Source: Candidatus Sericytochromatia bacterium (GTDB taxonomy: Bacteria; Cyanobacteriota; Sericytochromatia; UBA7694). From it: a DNA stretch of 64,000 nucleotides. The position numbers were made by a program, and so were the translations under genes. The notes beneath the pieces are model-generated. The model did no database searches. It had not been told where the DNA came from and saw only the letters and a list, made by a program, of their open reading frames with translations. Location: assembly GCA_015272195.1 (NCBI GenBank), contig JACYMC010000046.1, positions 4,139-68,138 on the forward strand, read 5' to 3'. Shown one piece after another: positions 8,558 to 18,090 of the stretch (position 1 is the first letter of the stretch; each line of letters begins with the position of its first letter).

Positions 8558-10675
8558 TCATTGCAGGGTTTCGAGGCGGGCAAAGAAGTAGCGCTGCTTA
8601 CCACTGTTCAGATAGCCGCTGCTGCGCTGTTGAACGCCTTTGATCACGTCTGCTTTGCCGAAGTCAGCCAGTGCGAGGGTATCACCATTCAGCTTCAGTG
8701 GCTGAGGGATGGGTTTCTGATCGCGCAGGGTGCTGACCACCTGGCCGGCCTGGTTTAAGAGATAGATGCCTGTGACTGCAGGGTGCTCCATGGGCAGCCA
8801 GTGCTGGGCCATATAGTCCAGCAGCAGATCCAGTGCGCCAACGCCGACAAAGCGCTGCTGCTGATCATAGAGCGGCAGACTGCAGGTCAGCAGCAGGCCC
8901 TGCCCCTGGGCGTCAGGGTAGGGTTTGCCCCACACGGGGCCCCGCTGGTTTCTGGCCACCCGGTACCAGGGACGCAGGCGGGGATCGTATGCCGGCTGAT
9001 AAGCGCTGCCGGGATAGGTCACCATCAGGCCGGCTTCCCAGCCCAGATTGAGCCAGACCAATGGCAGTTCACCCTGCTGAATCATGGCTTTCTGACGGGC
9101 CAGTGTCGGTAGGGGACTTTCGGGCAGCGCACTGCGAATGGCGGCCCGGCGCATGACGGGGGCCAGGTGGCTCAGCTTCTGGTAAAAAGGCTGCAGGGCC
9201 TGCCAATCGGTACCGGGTGCGCGATGAAACACAAGCTGATCCAGGCTGATGGGCGCCTGATACGCAGGTGCTCGCGCCAGATCGGGTGGGTAAGGGCTGG
9301 GCTGCAGCCGAAACCCCGCGCTGTGATAGACGGGCTGGGTCTGCACCTGTGGCGCACCGGCCTCGAGCGCATCCAGCGCCTGGCTGCCAATACCGCGCAA
9401 TAAGCCTTCGAGGTAGATCAGCCGGCTGTCAATGGACTGGGTATGGGCCAGCATCTGATTGAGCAGATCATAGGTCTGTTGTTCGCGCCAGCGTGTGGTT
9501 TCTATGGCCTGCTGGCGTGTCAGTAATGCGCCACCGATGGCCAGAACGCCGCTCACCAAAACCAGCGTCAGCAGGCCCAGGCTGAGCACCGGATGCTGCC
9601 CCATCCAGCGCTGGAGCTTTTGACGCAGATTGTCGGGACGTGCCAGGACGGCTTCGCCGCGCAGGTAGCGGCGCAGATCATCGGCCATCTCAGCCACATG
9701 CCGGTAGCGGGCTTCGGGTTTGCGGGCTGTGGCTTTATGAATAATGGCGGCCAGCTCCGGGGCAATTGGCTGGCGGTAAGGGTGCACCAGGGTCTCTTTT
9801 TCGGCTTTGAGCACTTTTTTGAGCAGGCTCAGCTGGTCGCTGGCCTGAAAGGCTGGTTTTAAACAGACCATTTCAAACAGAATCAGGCCCAGGGCAAAGA
9901 GGTCGGAGCGACCGTCCAGGGCCTCGTTTTTGCCCGCCGCCTGTTGCGGAGACATATAGCGGGGGGTGCCCAGAATTTTGCCCATCTGGGTTTGCTCAAA
10001 GAGGGGCTGGGTCTGATCGGGCTCAATCAGGCGCACCAGATTTTCGTGACTGGCTTCAGGCTCTGAGATCAAACGGGCAATGCCCCAGTCCATCACATAG
10101 ACCTCGCCATAAGGGCCGACCATCAGGTTGGCGGGCTTGAGATCCCGGTGAATCACGCCGCGCACATGGGCATAATGCATGGCGTCGCAGACCTTTAAAA
10201 AGTAGCCCAGCAAGGTCTCAAGACTGTGTTCAGGCCTGGCCTGCCCCGCATGCTCAAAGTCTTCGCGGGCAGCCTGTATCAGTTCTTTAAGTGTTTTTCC
10301 CTGAATCAGCTTCATGGTATAGGCTGTTTTGCCGTCGGCGTGGGTTTCCAGATCATAAATGGGGATAATATTGGGGTGACCCAGTTGGGCGGTGATCTGG
10401 GCTTCTTTGACAAAGCGGCTGAGCACTTCCGGGTGCACGGCCATCTGGGCGTGTATCTGCTTATAGGCCACTTTGCGCCGCAGGTTCTGATCCTGGGCGG
10501 CCAGGACCTCACCCATGGCGCCGGCCCCCAGGGTTTGCAGCAACTGGTAGCGCTCCGCGGCCAGCTGAAAGCTGCTGAGCTCTGTGCCCGGCGCTGCCTG
10601 ACCCTCAATCTGGGTTGACAGGGTCAGCTCAATGGCGTCGTCTGGTTCGTCTGTGGGCTGGCTGTTGTCAGTCAC
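8558..10675 (-). CDS. Hanks-type Ser/Thr kinase - TM - extracellular Cache domain (paralog 2)
   Basis: LGAGAMGEV, VAYK, HRDLKPAN, DWG and GTPRYMSPQQ motifs, a TM helix, and Cache motif YDPRLRPWY...WGKPY.D. The likely start is GTG at 10675, overlapping the upstream stop; the ORF-track start at 10858 runs through the upstream gene. Confidence 0.85.
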   Translation of the reverse strand: MTDNSQPTDEPDDAIELTLSTQIEGQAAPGTELSSFQLAAERYQLLQTLGAGAMGEVLAAQDQNLRRKVAYKQIHAQMAVHPEVLSRFVKEAQITAQLGHPNIIPIYDLETHADGKTAYTMKLIQGKTLKELIQAAREDFEHAGQARPEHSLETLLGYFLKVCDAMHYAHVRGVIHRDLKPANLMVGPYGEVYVMDWGIARLISEPEASHENLVRLIEPDQTQPLFEQTQMGKILGTPRYMSPQQAAGKNEALDGRSDLFALGLILFEMVCLKPAFQASDQLSLLKKVLKAEKETLVHPYRQPIAPELAAIIHKATARKPEARYRHVAEMADDLRRYLRGEAVLARPDNLRQKLQRWMGQHPVLSLGLLTLVLVSGVLAIGGALLTRQQAIETTRWREQQTYDLLNQMLAHTQSIDSRLIYLEGLLRGIGSQALDALEAGAPQVQTQPVYHSAGFRLQPSPYPPDLARAPAYQAPISLDQLVFHRAPGTDWQALQPFYQKLSHLAPVMRRAAIRSALPESPLPTLARQKAMIQQGELPLVWLNLGWEAGLMVTYPGSAYQPAYDPRLRPWYRVARNQRGPVWGKPYPDAQGQGLLLTCSLPLYDQQQRFVGVGALDLLLDYMAQHWLPMEHPAVTGIYLLNQAGQVVSTLRDQKPIPQPLKLNGDTLALADFGKADVIKGVQQRSSGYLNSGKQRYFFARLETLQ

Positions 10676-12737
10676 GGCTGGCCGCCAGAACGCTGGGCAA
10701 ATCGGCTTCGACCACGTAGGCCCAGTCAATGGATGGCAGGTAATAATAGAGCCAGAGGGTATTTTGGTAAATCTGGTAGCCAGAGCTTTGGGCGGCAATA
10801 GCGGCTCGCACGCCCAGATCTTCCAGCAGGGCACCTTCGCGCGTGGGCTGGCTGACAAAACGTTCTCCCTGGCGTTTGGCTGACAGCATCAGTTCGCCTT
10901 CTGGGTTCACCAGTGCCACCGACCTGACCGCTGCTTCGCTGTCCAGGTGCAGGTAGGTGCTGACCATTTGCTCGGGCTGCAGGTCAAAATTGATTGTGCC
11001 CCAGAAGCGGTTGTTTTCACCATACAGGGCGGTGGCCACGGGGATCAGACGGGCATTGGCCGTCATATCAATATAGGATTTGCCCCAGTGCACACCCTGT
11101 TTGTGGGCCGCCAGCAGATAAAAGGGTCGCTCGGTGGGTGAGTAGTTGCGGGCCGTTGCTGCCGGAATGTCTTTACCGGGGTACCAGAAGGCAATATTGG
11201 CGTCAGCCAGAATGGTGTTGGTCCAGGCCAGGGGCAGGGGGCTGTTGCCCAGATAATGCCGGGCCTGCTCAGGGTCTTTCAGTGTGTCATGGCCGCCGCT
11301 GCGCAGCAGCATCTGGCGGTAGGTCTGGCGCAGACTGGCCAGGCTCTCAGCCAGTGGGCGATAAACGGCGGGCTGGGCATTATGGCCCGGCACAACAATT
11401 GGCCAGTCCAGACTCGTGGCCGTGCCGTAACGGGGAATATCCGCCAGATCGGGCGGGTTAAATTCCTGGCTGACATACAAGGGCTCAGGTTGACGCGGCG
11501 GGTGCTCCAGCCGGGCCACGGTAACGGCAGCCAGTTCCAGCAGCCAGCTTTCAACGGTCAGAAACTGTCGGTCCATGGTGCGGCCCCGTGAGGTGACGCT
11601 GGCGAGCAGGCGGCCAATGGCCTGCTCCTGTCTGCGGGCCTGCAGTAGATCCCACTGCTGCCGTGCCAGAATGCCCAGGGTGATCAGGCTGCTGAGCATC
11701 ACAAAGATCAGCGCCAGGCTCAGCACTTTGCGCCGCTGATGACGAAAGCGGCGCAGCAGGGCCTGGGGCAGGCTGTCGGGAGCGGCCAGCACGGCTTCAC
11801 CCCGCTGATAACGGTGAATATCGTCTATCAGGGCCTGCAGGTCGTGATAGCGATCTTCCCGTTTGACCTGCAGGGCTTTGCCAATCACGGCCTGCAGGTC
11901 GCGGGGTAAGGGCTGGCGGGGAAACAGGGGGCTGATTTCCTGATGCTGGCCTGTCAGAATCTGTTCGAGCAGCTCAGGGGCTGTTTTACCCGTAAAAGCG
12001 GGTTTTAAGGTCACCAGCTCAAATAAAATCGCCCCCAGGGCAAAGAGATCAGAGCGGGCGTCCAGTTCGTTATTTTTGCCCCGGATCTGCTCGGGTGACA
12101 TATAGCGGGGCGTACCCAGAATCTGACCGGCCTGGGTCAGTTCCAGATCATGCTGGGCGATCTGGCTGTTCATCTGCAGACCCCCGCCCTGTTCATGCCC
12201 GCCGCCCATCAGACGGGCAATGCCCCAGTCCATTACATAGACCTCGCCATAAGGGCCGATCATCAGGCTGGCGGGCTTCAGGTCGCGGTGAATCACCCCT
12301 TTGCTGTGAGCATAATGCATGGCCTCACAGACCTTTAAAAAGTATTCCAGCAGGTTGTCCAGGCCGTGGTTTTCATCGACGTATCCCTGGTTTTCCCACT
12401 GCTCGCGAGCGGTCTGCAAGACCTGCTTGAGGGTTTGGCCCTCCACCATTTTCATGGTGTAGGCCAGGCTGCCGTCCATCTGCTCCAGATTGTATACGGG
12501 CACAACATTGGGGTGGTCGAGCTGGGCGGTGATCTGAACCTCATTCAGAAAGCGGCCCAGGGCAGTGCGATCCTGCATGACCTTCTGATGCAGGGTCTTG
12601 AGAGCCACTCTGCGCTGCAGGCTGCGCTCGGCCACCAGATGAATCTGCCCCATGGATCCCTCACCCACCACTTTGAGAAAATCATAGCGTGGTGGTGGAC
12701 TGCCTGGGGTTGGTGGCTGCAAAGGCTCTGATGACAT
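10668..12737 (-). CDS. Hanks-type Ser/Thr kinase-like protein - TM - Cache domain (paralog 1)
   Basis: VGEGSMGQI, VALK, HRDLKPAS, DWG and GTPRYMSPEQ motifs, a TM helix, and Cache motif ERPFY...HWGKSYID. Confidence 0.88.
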   Translation of the reverse strand: MSSEPLQPPTPGSPPPRYDFLKVVGEGSMGQIHLVAERSLQRRVALKTLHQKVMQDRTALGRFLNEVQITAQLDHPNVVPVYNLEQMDGSLAYTMKMVEGQTLKQVLQTAREQWENQGYVDENHGLDNLLEYFLKVCEAMHYAHSKGVIHRDLKPASLMIGPYGEVYVMDWGIARLMGGGHEQGGGLQMNSQIAQHDLELTQAGQILGTPRYMSPEQIRGKNNELDARSDLFALGAILFELVTLKPAFTGKTAPELLEQILTGQHQEISPLFPRQPLPRDLQAVIGKALQVKREDRYHDLQALIDDIHRYQRGEAVLAAPDSLPQALLRRFRHQRRKVLSLALIFVMLSSLITLGILARQQWDLLQARRQEQAIGRLLASVTSRGRTMDRQFLTVESWLLELAAVTVARLEHPPRQPEPLYVSQEFNPPDLADIPRYGTATSLDWPIVVPGHNAQPAVYRPLAESLASLRQTYRQMLLRSGGHDTLKDPEQARHYLGNSPLPLAWTNTILADANIAFWYPGKDIPAATARNYSPTERPFYLLAAHKQGVHWGKSYIDMTANARLIPVATALYGENNRFWGTINFDLQPEQMVSTYLHLDSEAAVRSVALVNPEGELMLSAKRQGERFVSQPTREGALLEDLGVRAAIAAQSSGYQIYQNTLWLYYYLPSIDWAYVVEADLPSVLAASRD

Positions 12738-12769
12738 AACACCCCGACACAGACGCTTAAAGATAGTTT

Positions 12770-12778
12770 ACTATACCA
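12770..12778 (-). promoter_or_regulatory. Extended -10 promoter element for the kinase pair
   Basis: Minus strand TGgTATAGT about 33 nt upstream of the ATG at 12737. Confidence 0.4.
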
Positions 12779-12800
12779 CGCAGCCCGGCTCAGACGCCAA

Positions 12801-12831
12801 CCGCGCGCCACTCAGTCCGAATGGTGCGCGG
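12801..12831 (-). terminator. GC-rich hairpin downstream of the EF-hand/glycine-zipper gene
   Basis: 10-bp stem CCGCGCGCCA/TGGTGCGCGG (one G-U) with an 11-nt loop. Weak U-tract. Confidence 0.4.
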
Positions 12832-12852
12832 CAGGGATGCGGATCTGCGGGC

Positions 12853-14322
12853 TTAATATTTGCGGTAAGCGTCCAGAATGGTGCTGCTGCGCTGCAGCGC
12901 CGGCTGCACCTGCTGGTTGATGCCGCTGATGCTGTTGTCGACCACGCGGGCCCGGTCGAGGTCGCGGGCATTGCGGGCTTCAAAGAGCTGATTGTAAAAG
13001 TTCTGGTTGGCCTGGATGACGGTCTGTTTGTCCTGGGCGGGCTGGTAGCTTTCAACCTGACCTGCCAGGGCTCGCAGCGAGCTGGCCTCGCCCTTGTAGC
13101 TGGCGTCGATGCCGCTGCCAATCAGGGCACCAATGCCGGCTGATGCGGCTGAGCCAATGCCGGCCCCGAGGGCGGCTGATTTGAGGTGTTGCCCGCCGGC
13201 AAAATAACCAATGGCACCGCCGGCCACCAGACCCACACCGGCGCCAATCCCTGCAAAGGGCGCGGCCCGGCCGGTGGCTTTGGCTTCTGTGGCATCTGCG
13301 CTGCTGCGGATATTGCGGGCCACTTCGGCTGCGGATTTAGAGCTGCTTTCAATTGCGCTCAGATTGGCAAAAGTGCGGGCAATATTGGCGTCGGTGGCTT
13401 TGACCGTTGCGGGCAGATCGGGCAGATTATTGGTTTGCTCTTTGATGGCTTTGAGGGCGTTGTTCATGACCTCGTAAGAAGACTGCAAATTGCTGAAGAT
13501 CATTTCCTGTTCGCGGATATGGGGCAGCAGGCGATCTTCGTAAGGATCATGGGGAATCACGGGCTGGTTGGGATCACTGGGGCGTCCACCGCCGTTAAAG
13601 GGGTCTTTGCCGTAAGGATCAGAGCTGTTGCCGCCGCCGTTGAAAGGATCTTTGCCATAAGGTTCAGAGCCAATGCTGTTGCCGCCGCCGGCAAAGGGAT
13701 CGCTGCCGTAGGCCTGCTGGCTGCTGATGCCGTTGCTCTGCTGGCTGCGCATGCCGGGCGTATAGTCATTGAACCAGGGCTGGGTGCTGGACAGGCTCTG
13801 CTGCAGGCGGGCGTTCCAGGTGCTCCAGCGGGTGGAGTTGAGGGTGGTGCGGGCCTGAATATTCAGCGCACGGGAGGTGGCGTCTGTTTTGCCGTCGGTT
13901 ATGCTTACAATAGAGCGCAGCGCACTTTCCATTTTGTCGATGGAGCTGCTGTAGGCCCGGTTGCTTTCGGCCAGCTTGTGGTAGCGGTCGCGAGAGGTAT
14001 CGTCGCTGTAAAAGTTAGGGCTCCAGACGTGGGTGCTGGAGATGCCGTTCTGAGAAATGCTGCGCACGTTTTTGAGGGTTTCGAGGCCTTCAACGTGAAT
14101 CTGAAAGCCCCGGCCCTGCAGAATCTGACCCTGGCGGATTTCGACTCTGTCGGCCTGCAGGGCGCTGACCAGCTCCTGGCGTGAAATCTCACCATTGCCG
14201 TCTGCATCGACCTGGCGCTGAAGGTGGGCTTCAGCTTTCAGCTCTTCCATTTTGCCGTTGTTATTGGTATCGAGCGAGGCCACCAGCCACTGATAATTTG
14301 AGAATTGCACGCTGCCAGACAT
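12853..14322 (-). CDS. Hypothetical protein with EF-hand-like loops, GxDPFxGGG repeats and glycine-zipper TM hairpin
   Basis: ATG at 14322 has a GGGAG SD 8 nt upstream. Canonical EF loop DADGNGEISRQE. Glycine zipper GAGVGLVAGGAIG...GAGIGSAASAGIGALIG. Confidence 0.75.
   Translation of the reverse strand: MSGSVQFSNYQWLVASLDTNNNGKMEELKAEAHLQRQVDADGNGEISRQELVSALQADRVEIRQGQILQGRGFQIHVEGLETLKNVRSISQNGISSTHVWSPNFYSDDTSRDRYHKLAESNRAYSSSIDKMESALRSIVSITDGKTDATSRALNIQARTTLNSTRWSTWNARLQQSLSSTQPWFNDYTPGMRSQQSNGISSQQAYGSDPFAGGGNSIGSEPYGKDPFNGGGNSSDPYGKDPFNGGGRPSDPNQPVIPHDPYEDRLLPHIREQEMIFSNLQSSYEVMNNALKAIKEQTNNLPDLPATVKATDANIARTFANLSAIESSSKSAAEVARNIRSSADATEAKATGRAAPFAGIGAGVGLVAGGAIGYFAGGQHLKSAALGAGIGSAASAGIGALIGSGIDASYKGEASSLRALAGQVESYQPAQDKQTVIQANQNFYNQLFEARNARDLDRARVVDNSISGINQQVQPALQRSSTILDAYRKY
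13586..13712 (-). repeat. Three imperfect tandem coding repeats (about 42-48 bp) encoding YG(S/K)DPF(A/N)GGG(N/R)
   Basis: Peptides YGSDPFAGGGNS / PYGKDPFNGGGNS / PYGKDPFNGGGRP are visible in both DNA and protein. Confidence 0.85.
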
Positions 14323-14443
14323 AATAAAGACTCCCGTAACACTTGATACAGGATTTATCGCAAAATCTGCCACAAACATTCTTAAGCGGTGTTAAGCTGA
14401 TGTTTAAAGAATGTTTAATTGCAGTCTAAGCCCGGACCCAATA

Positions 14444-15577
14444 TCAGGGCAGCACTTCAATCCGATCTGGCGCCAGAGAGGCGTCCATCAGGCGATCCAT
14501 GGCATACAGGGCCATGCCATAGGCACTGCTGACTTCGTGCAGGCGGTGGGGCAGTTTATCGGCCAGGTGAATCAGGCGTTCGCGCAGGCCCTGATCCCGT
14601 CGGAATGCGGTTTCCATCAGGTGTTTGCCGCCAATGCCGGAGGTGACCAGCTGCATCTGGCTGCCCATACGGCCCTGGGCTTTGAGCACCTTTAAAAAGG
14701 CTTCACCCACCTGATCACTGAGCTGTTCGTAAATATTCTGGGCAATCTGGTCAATTTCTTTGGGCAGCAGACTTTTGGTGTCCATACCAATGGCCCGCGC
14801 AATCAGAATACGGGCGTCTTTTTCTTCCAGCAGCGGGAAGTCGTGCTCCCGCGCGATTTCAGGATGCACGTATTTTAACAGACTGGCCACGATGGCCATG
14901 CGGCAGACCCGTGGCGTAAACGGGTAGAGACCGTCTTTCATGCTGACACCGGCACTGAGCTGATTGACCGAGGTGTAGAGTGTGCCTTTGTACAGCAGTT
15001 GCTGTTCGGTCAGACGGTGGCGCAAATATTTGGGCAGCTTGCGGCCCTGGGGATCAATGCGTGATTTGACCACGGGGGTAATGTGGGTTGCGCCTGAGCC
15101 CACGTCAACCGTCAGGGCATTTTTATACAGGCGTGAGGCCAGGTAGGCCGCGCCATAAAACTGTGTGCCCACAAAGGCTGATGCGTTCTCGCCCTTGACT
15201 TGCATGACTTCACGCGGTGACATGGGCTTGCCGTCGGCGCGCAGAATGCCCACCCGCTCAGGATCAAACAGAGACTGAATAAACATATTGGCCGTATAGT
15301 GCAGGCCTTCTTCAAAATTGGCAAAGGCCGAGTAGGGCATCCCGCAGACAAAATAAATGCGATTAATCTGCTGGGGCCCCAGCTTTTTGACAAACAGAAA
15401 GTGGGCAATGGTTTCCATCAGGGCGCTGCCGAATTCACAGTAATAATCGGGCCCCAGATTAAAGGGTACCCGGAAGATCAGCCAGTCGACGTAGGGTACC
15501 TTCTGGGGGCCGTCGAGTTGAATCAGACAGAGTTTGACCTGATCAATATCCAGGTCAATGCCAAGGGTATATGCCAT
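14444..15577 (-). CDS. Hydantoinase/oxoprolinase (ASKHA-fold) protein, MfnF / H4MPT-linked C1-transfer Orf9-like, divergent
   Basis: N-terminal LGID, second phosphate motif VDVGSGATHITPV, and RLTEQQLLYKGTLYTSV, which resembles the family motif RL..GELVYTG.LRTP. Confidence 0.55.
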   Translation of the reverse strand: MAYTLGIDLDIDQVKLCLIQLDGPQKVPYVDWLIFRVPFNLGPDYYCEFGSALMETIAHFLFVKKLGPQQINRIYFVCGMPYSAFANFEEGLHYTANMFIQSLFDPERVGILRADGKPMSPREVMQVKGENASAFVGTQFYGAAYLASRLYKNALTVDVGSGATHITPVVKSRIDPQGRKLPKYLRHRLTEQQLLYKGTLYTSVNQLSAGVSMKDGLYPFTPRVCRMAIVASLLKYVHPEIAREHDFPLLEEKDARILIARAIGMDTKSLLPKEIDQIAQNIYEQLSDQVGEAFLKVLKAQGRMGSQMQLVTSGIGGKHLMETAFRRDQGLRERLIHLADKLPHRLHEVSSAYGMALYAMDRLMDASLAPDRIEVLP

Positions 15578-15606
15578 TGCGTGCTACTTTCTATGCGGTG
15601 ATGCAA

Positions 15607-16632
15607 TCAGAATTCGTGGCGGTTAACCAGCCGGCCGGCTTCATCAAAGGTGTAAAAGGAGTAGTCCAGATACCACCAGGTGCGCAGGCGTTTGCCGTCT
15701 GTGCCGGATGAAGTGGTGTAGCCTTCCGGGCCGTGCTGGCGCCGCAGCCAGACGTTACGCTCGTCCTTGCGCAGATGAGCCGGCGGTTTGCTGGGGCCCA
15801 GATAGATCTTTTCGGCTTGTAGCTGTTCCAGCCATTTGTCGCGGTAGGCTGCAGCCTCTTTGGCGTGTGGCCCCTGATCCGGCAGATAGAGCAGCTGGCG
15901 GTAGGCGCCGCGCAGGTTGCCTTCCAGGGCTTTTTTGAGGGCACGGTCAAACATGGTTTTGTGGCGCACGGCCTGAATCAGATCCTGGGCTTCAGCGTAA
16001 TGCTTGTTGCCGGGCTCCACGTTGGCCAGGCGCAGAATGGCCTCATGACCATCCTGGGCTTCAGCCAGCCGCTTGCCATAAGTGAAGTGAATCAGGTTCC
16101 ATTTGCGCCGGGCTTCAGCGTAGGCTTCATGGTAGGGGCGGACCTGCTCAAGATAGCTCAGGGCCCGTTCCAGCCGGGCCCGCTCAACATACAGCTCGTC
16201 GTTGGCAACCGGAATCTGCCAGATCTTGAGGTTCTGCCAGTTCTGGGTCACAAACCAGTCAGCCAGCTGCAGATAAGACGTGGGCGTAAATTCGACCTCT
16301 GCCCGGGCTTTGAGGTAGAGACTGGGATAGTCTTTGAGCACATACTCAGCCTGAAACCCGGTTTTCTGGCCGGACTCCAGATGCTCAAAGGGTTCCAGCA
16401 AAAAGCTGTCGATCGGCTGATTTTGCGGGTCCAGCAGGCGAATGCGAATCTGTACACCCCGCACGGGAAGGCTTTCGCTGTTGTGCAGTTGGCCGCTGAG
16501 CTGTACCTGCGTGATATCCTGCTCGGTCAGTTTGAGCTGGATTTGCTCAACATGGGCCGTGACATCTGCCTGGGCCGGCAGGTTCAGACCCGCTGCCAGC
16601 AGCAGTGCAAAAAAGGACAGGTGCTTCTTCAT
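15607..16632 (-). CDS. Exported hypothetical protein with FxLYD-like domain and TPR-like helices
   Basis: Signal peptide ending AQA. LSGQLHN....V.I.I.LLD..N..ID matches an FxLYD-like fold. Overlaps the rpoD stop (ATGA). Confidence 0.6.
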   Translation of the reverse strand: MKKHLSFFALLLAAGLNLPAQADVTAHVEQIQLKLTEQDITQVQLSGQLHNSESLPVRGVQIRIRLLDPQNQPIDSFLLEPFEHLESGQKTGFQAEYVLKDYPSLYLKARAEVEFTPTSYLQLADWFVTQNWQNLKIWQIPVANDELYVERARLERALSYLEQVRPYHEAYAEARRKWNLIHFTYGKRLAEAQDGHEAILRLANVEPGNKHYAEAQDLIQAVRHKTMFDRALKKALEGNLRGAYRQLLYLPDQGPHAKEAAAYRDKWLEQLQAEKIYLGPSKPPAHLRKDERNVWLRRQHGPEGYTTSSGTDGKRLRTWWYLDYSFYTFDEAGRLVNRHEF

Positions 16633-18050
16633 TCGATATACTCCCGCAGTCGACGATTTCGGTTCGGATGGCGCAGTTTGCGCAAGGCTTTGGCTTCAAT
16701 CTGGCGGATGCGTTCCCGCGTGACCTGAAAATGCTGCCCGACTTCTTCGAGGGTGCGTGGGTTGCCGTCGGTCAGGCCAAAGCGCAGACTGAGGACTTCT
16801 CGCTCCCGTTCGCTCAGGGTGTTGAGCACTTCATCCAGGTCGTCGCGCAGCAGTTCCTGCGTGACAGAATGTACGGGTGTATCCATCTCGGAGTCTTCAA
16901 TAAAGTCACTCAGGCGGCTGTCTTCTTCTTTGCCGATCGGGGTTTCCAGCGAGATGGGCTCCTGCGCAACCTTGATGATTTCGCGCAGTTTCTCAACCGT
17001 GACCTCCATGGCTTCAGCGATTTCTTCTTCGTTGGGCTTGCGGCCCCGATCCTGTGACAGCTTGCGGCTGACCTTTTTGAGACGGTTGATGGTTTCGACC
17101 ATATGCACTGGAATGCGGATGGTGCGGGCTTGATCGGCAATCGCGCGGGTAATGGCCTGGCGAATCCACCAGGTGGCATAGGTGCTGAACTTATAGCCTT
17201 TGCGGTAGTCGAATTTTTCGACGGCGCGAATCAGGCCCAGATTGCCCTCCTGGATCAAATCCAGAAAGAGCATGCCCCGCCCAACGTATTTTTTTGCAAT
17301 GCTGACCACCAGACGCAGATTGGCCTTGGTCAGCTTGCGCTTGGCCACATTGGCCTGACTGGCAATGCTGCGCAGGTTCTGAACGCTGACCGGCTTTTTA
17401 CTGGACTTGCTGCGCTGAATGGCCACGACCTCTTCGGCATGCTCCAGAATGCGGCAGATTTCGCTGAACGGGATGCCCTGAATCTGAGAGATCTCTTCAT
17501 CTTCTTCAGGCATGTCTAAAAACAGTCGGCCTTCTTCAATGATCTGTTCTTTGATTTCGTCTTCGAGTTCGGGGCTGCCGGCCGGGTCGGCCATTTTGTG
17601 CTGAATACCCGTGGTGACGTAGGATTTTGCAATGGTTTTGGCCTGCAGTTTGGACACATCGGGGTAATTGGCCTCGATCACATCGGCCAGTTCGTCCTGC
17701 AGAAACTTGCCCTGCTCAATGGCTTTGGCCAGCTCCACTTCTTCGGGGCTTTTGAGCAGCGGAATCGCGCCAATTTCTTTGAGGTACATGCGCACCGGAT
17801 CGTCGCTGCCGGCCAGGGCAGCTGGCGTATCAAGATTGACCGTCTGATCCTCAACGTCTTCATCGCTGTCGTCATCGTCAGCCTGAGCTGAAGGGGATTC
17901 ATCCTCATCATCATCACTGTCGAGCGACAGGTAGGCGGCATTTTTGACGGCCTTGCTGACGGGATCATCAAAGCGATCGCTGACGTCTTCTTCATCCAGC
18001 ATCGAAGGATGTGGCTTACCCAGATTTTTCATGCGCTTATCCTGTGTCAA
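16629..18050 (-). CDS. rpoD: Primary sigma factor RpoD/SigA
   Basis: Region 1.2 [12 protein letters not shown], region 2 [13 protein letters not shown]...[17 protein letters not shown], region 4 [19 protein letters not shown]. Confidence 0.97.
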   Translation of the reverse strand: MTQDKRMKNLGKPHPSMLDEEDVSDRFDDPVSKAVKNAAYLSLDSDDDEDESPSAQADDDDSDEDVEDQTVNLDTPAALAGSDDPVRMYLKEIGAIPLLKSPEEVELAKAIEQGKFLQDELADVIEANYPDVSKLQAKTIAKSYVTTGIQHKMADPAGSPELEDEIKEQIIEEGRLFLDMPEEDEEISQIQGIPFSEICRILEHAEEVVAIQRSKSSKKPVSVQNLRSIASQANVAKRKLTKANLRLVVSIAKKYVGRGMLFLDLIQEGNLGLIRAVEKFDYRKGYKFSTYATWWIRQAITRAIADQARTIRIPVHMVETINRLKKVSRKLSQDRGRKPNEEEIAEAMEVTVEKLREIIKVAQEPISLETPIGKEEDSRLSDFIEDSEMDTPVHSVTQELLRDDLDEVLNTLSEREREVLSLRFGLTDGNPRTLEEVGQHFQVTRERIRQIEAKALRKLRHPNRNRRLREYIE

Positions 18051-18090
18051 ACTCCCGTTACTCCTTACTTGATGACAACTTCGTGGGTCT

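Noticed and set aside
10676-10858. ORF-track 5' extension of kinase paralog 2
   Set aside because: Lies within the coding region of paralog 1 in another frame. GTG 10675 overlapping the upstream stop is the more plausible start.
12843-12853. TCTGCGGGCTT shared with 5604-5614, considered as a REP-like element
   Set aside because: Only two short copies, one of which is coding sequence. Insufficient for a repeat family.
13186-14184. 332-aa plus-strand ORF
   Set aside because: Antisense shadow of the EF-hand/glycine-zipper gene, typical of GC-rich codon bias. No recognisable motifs.
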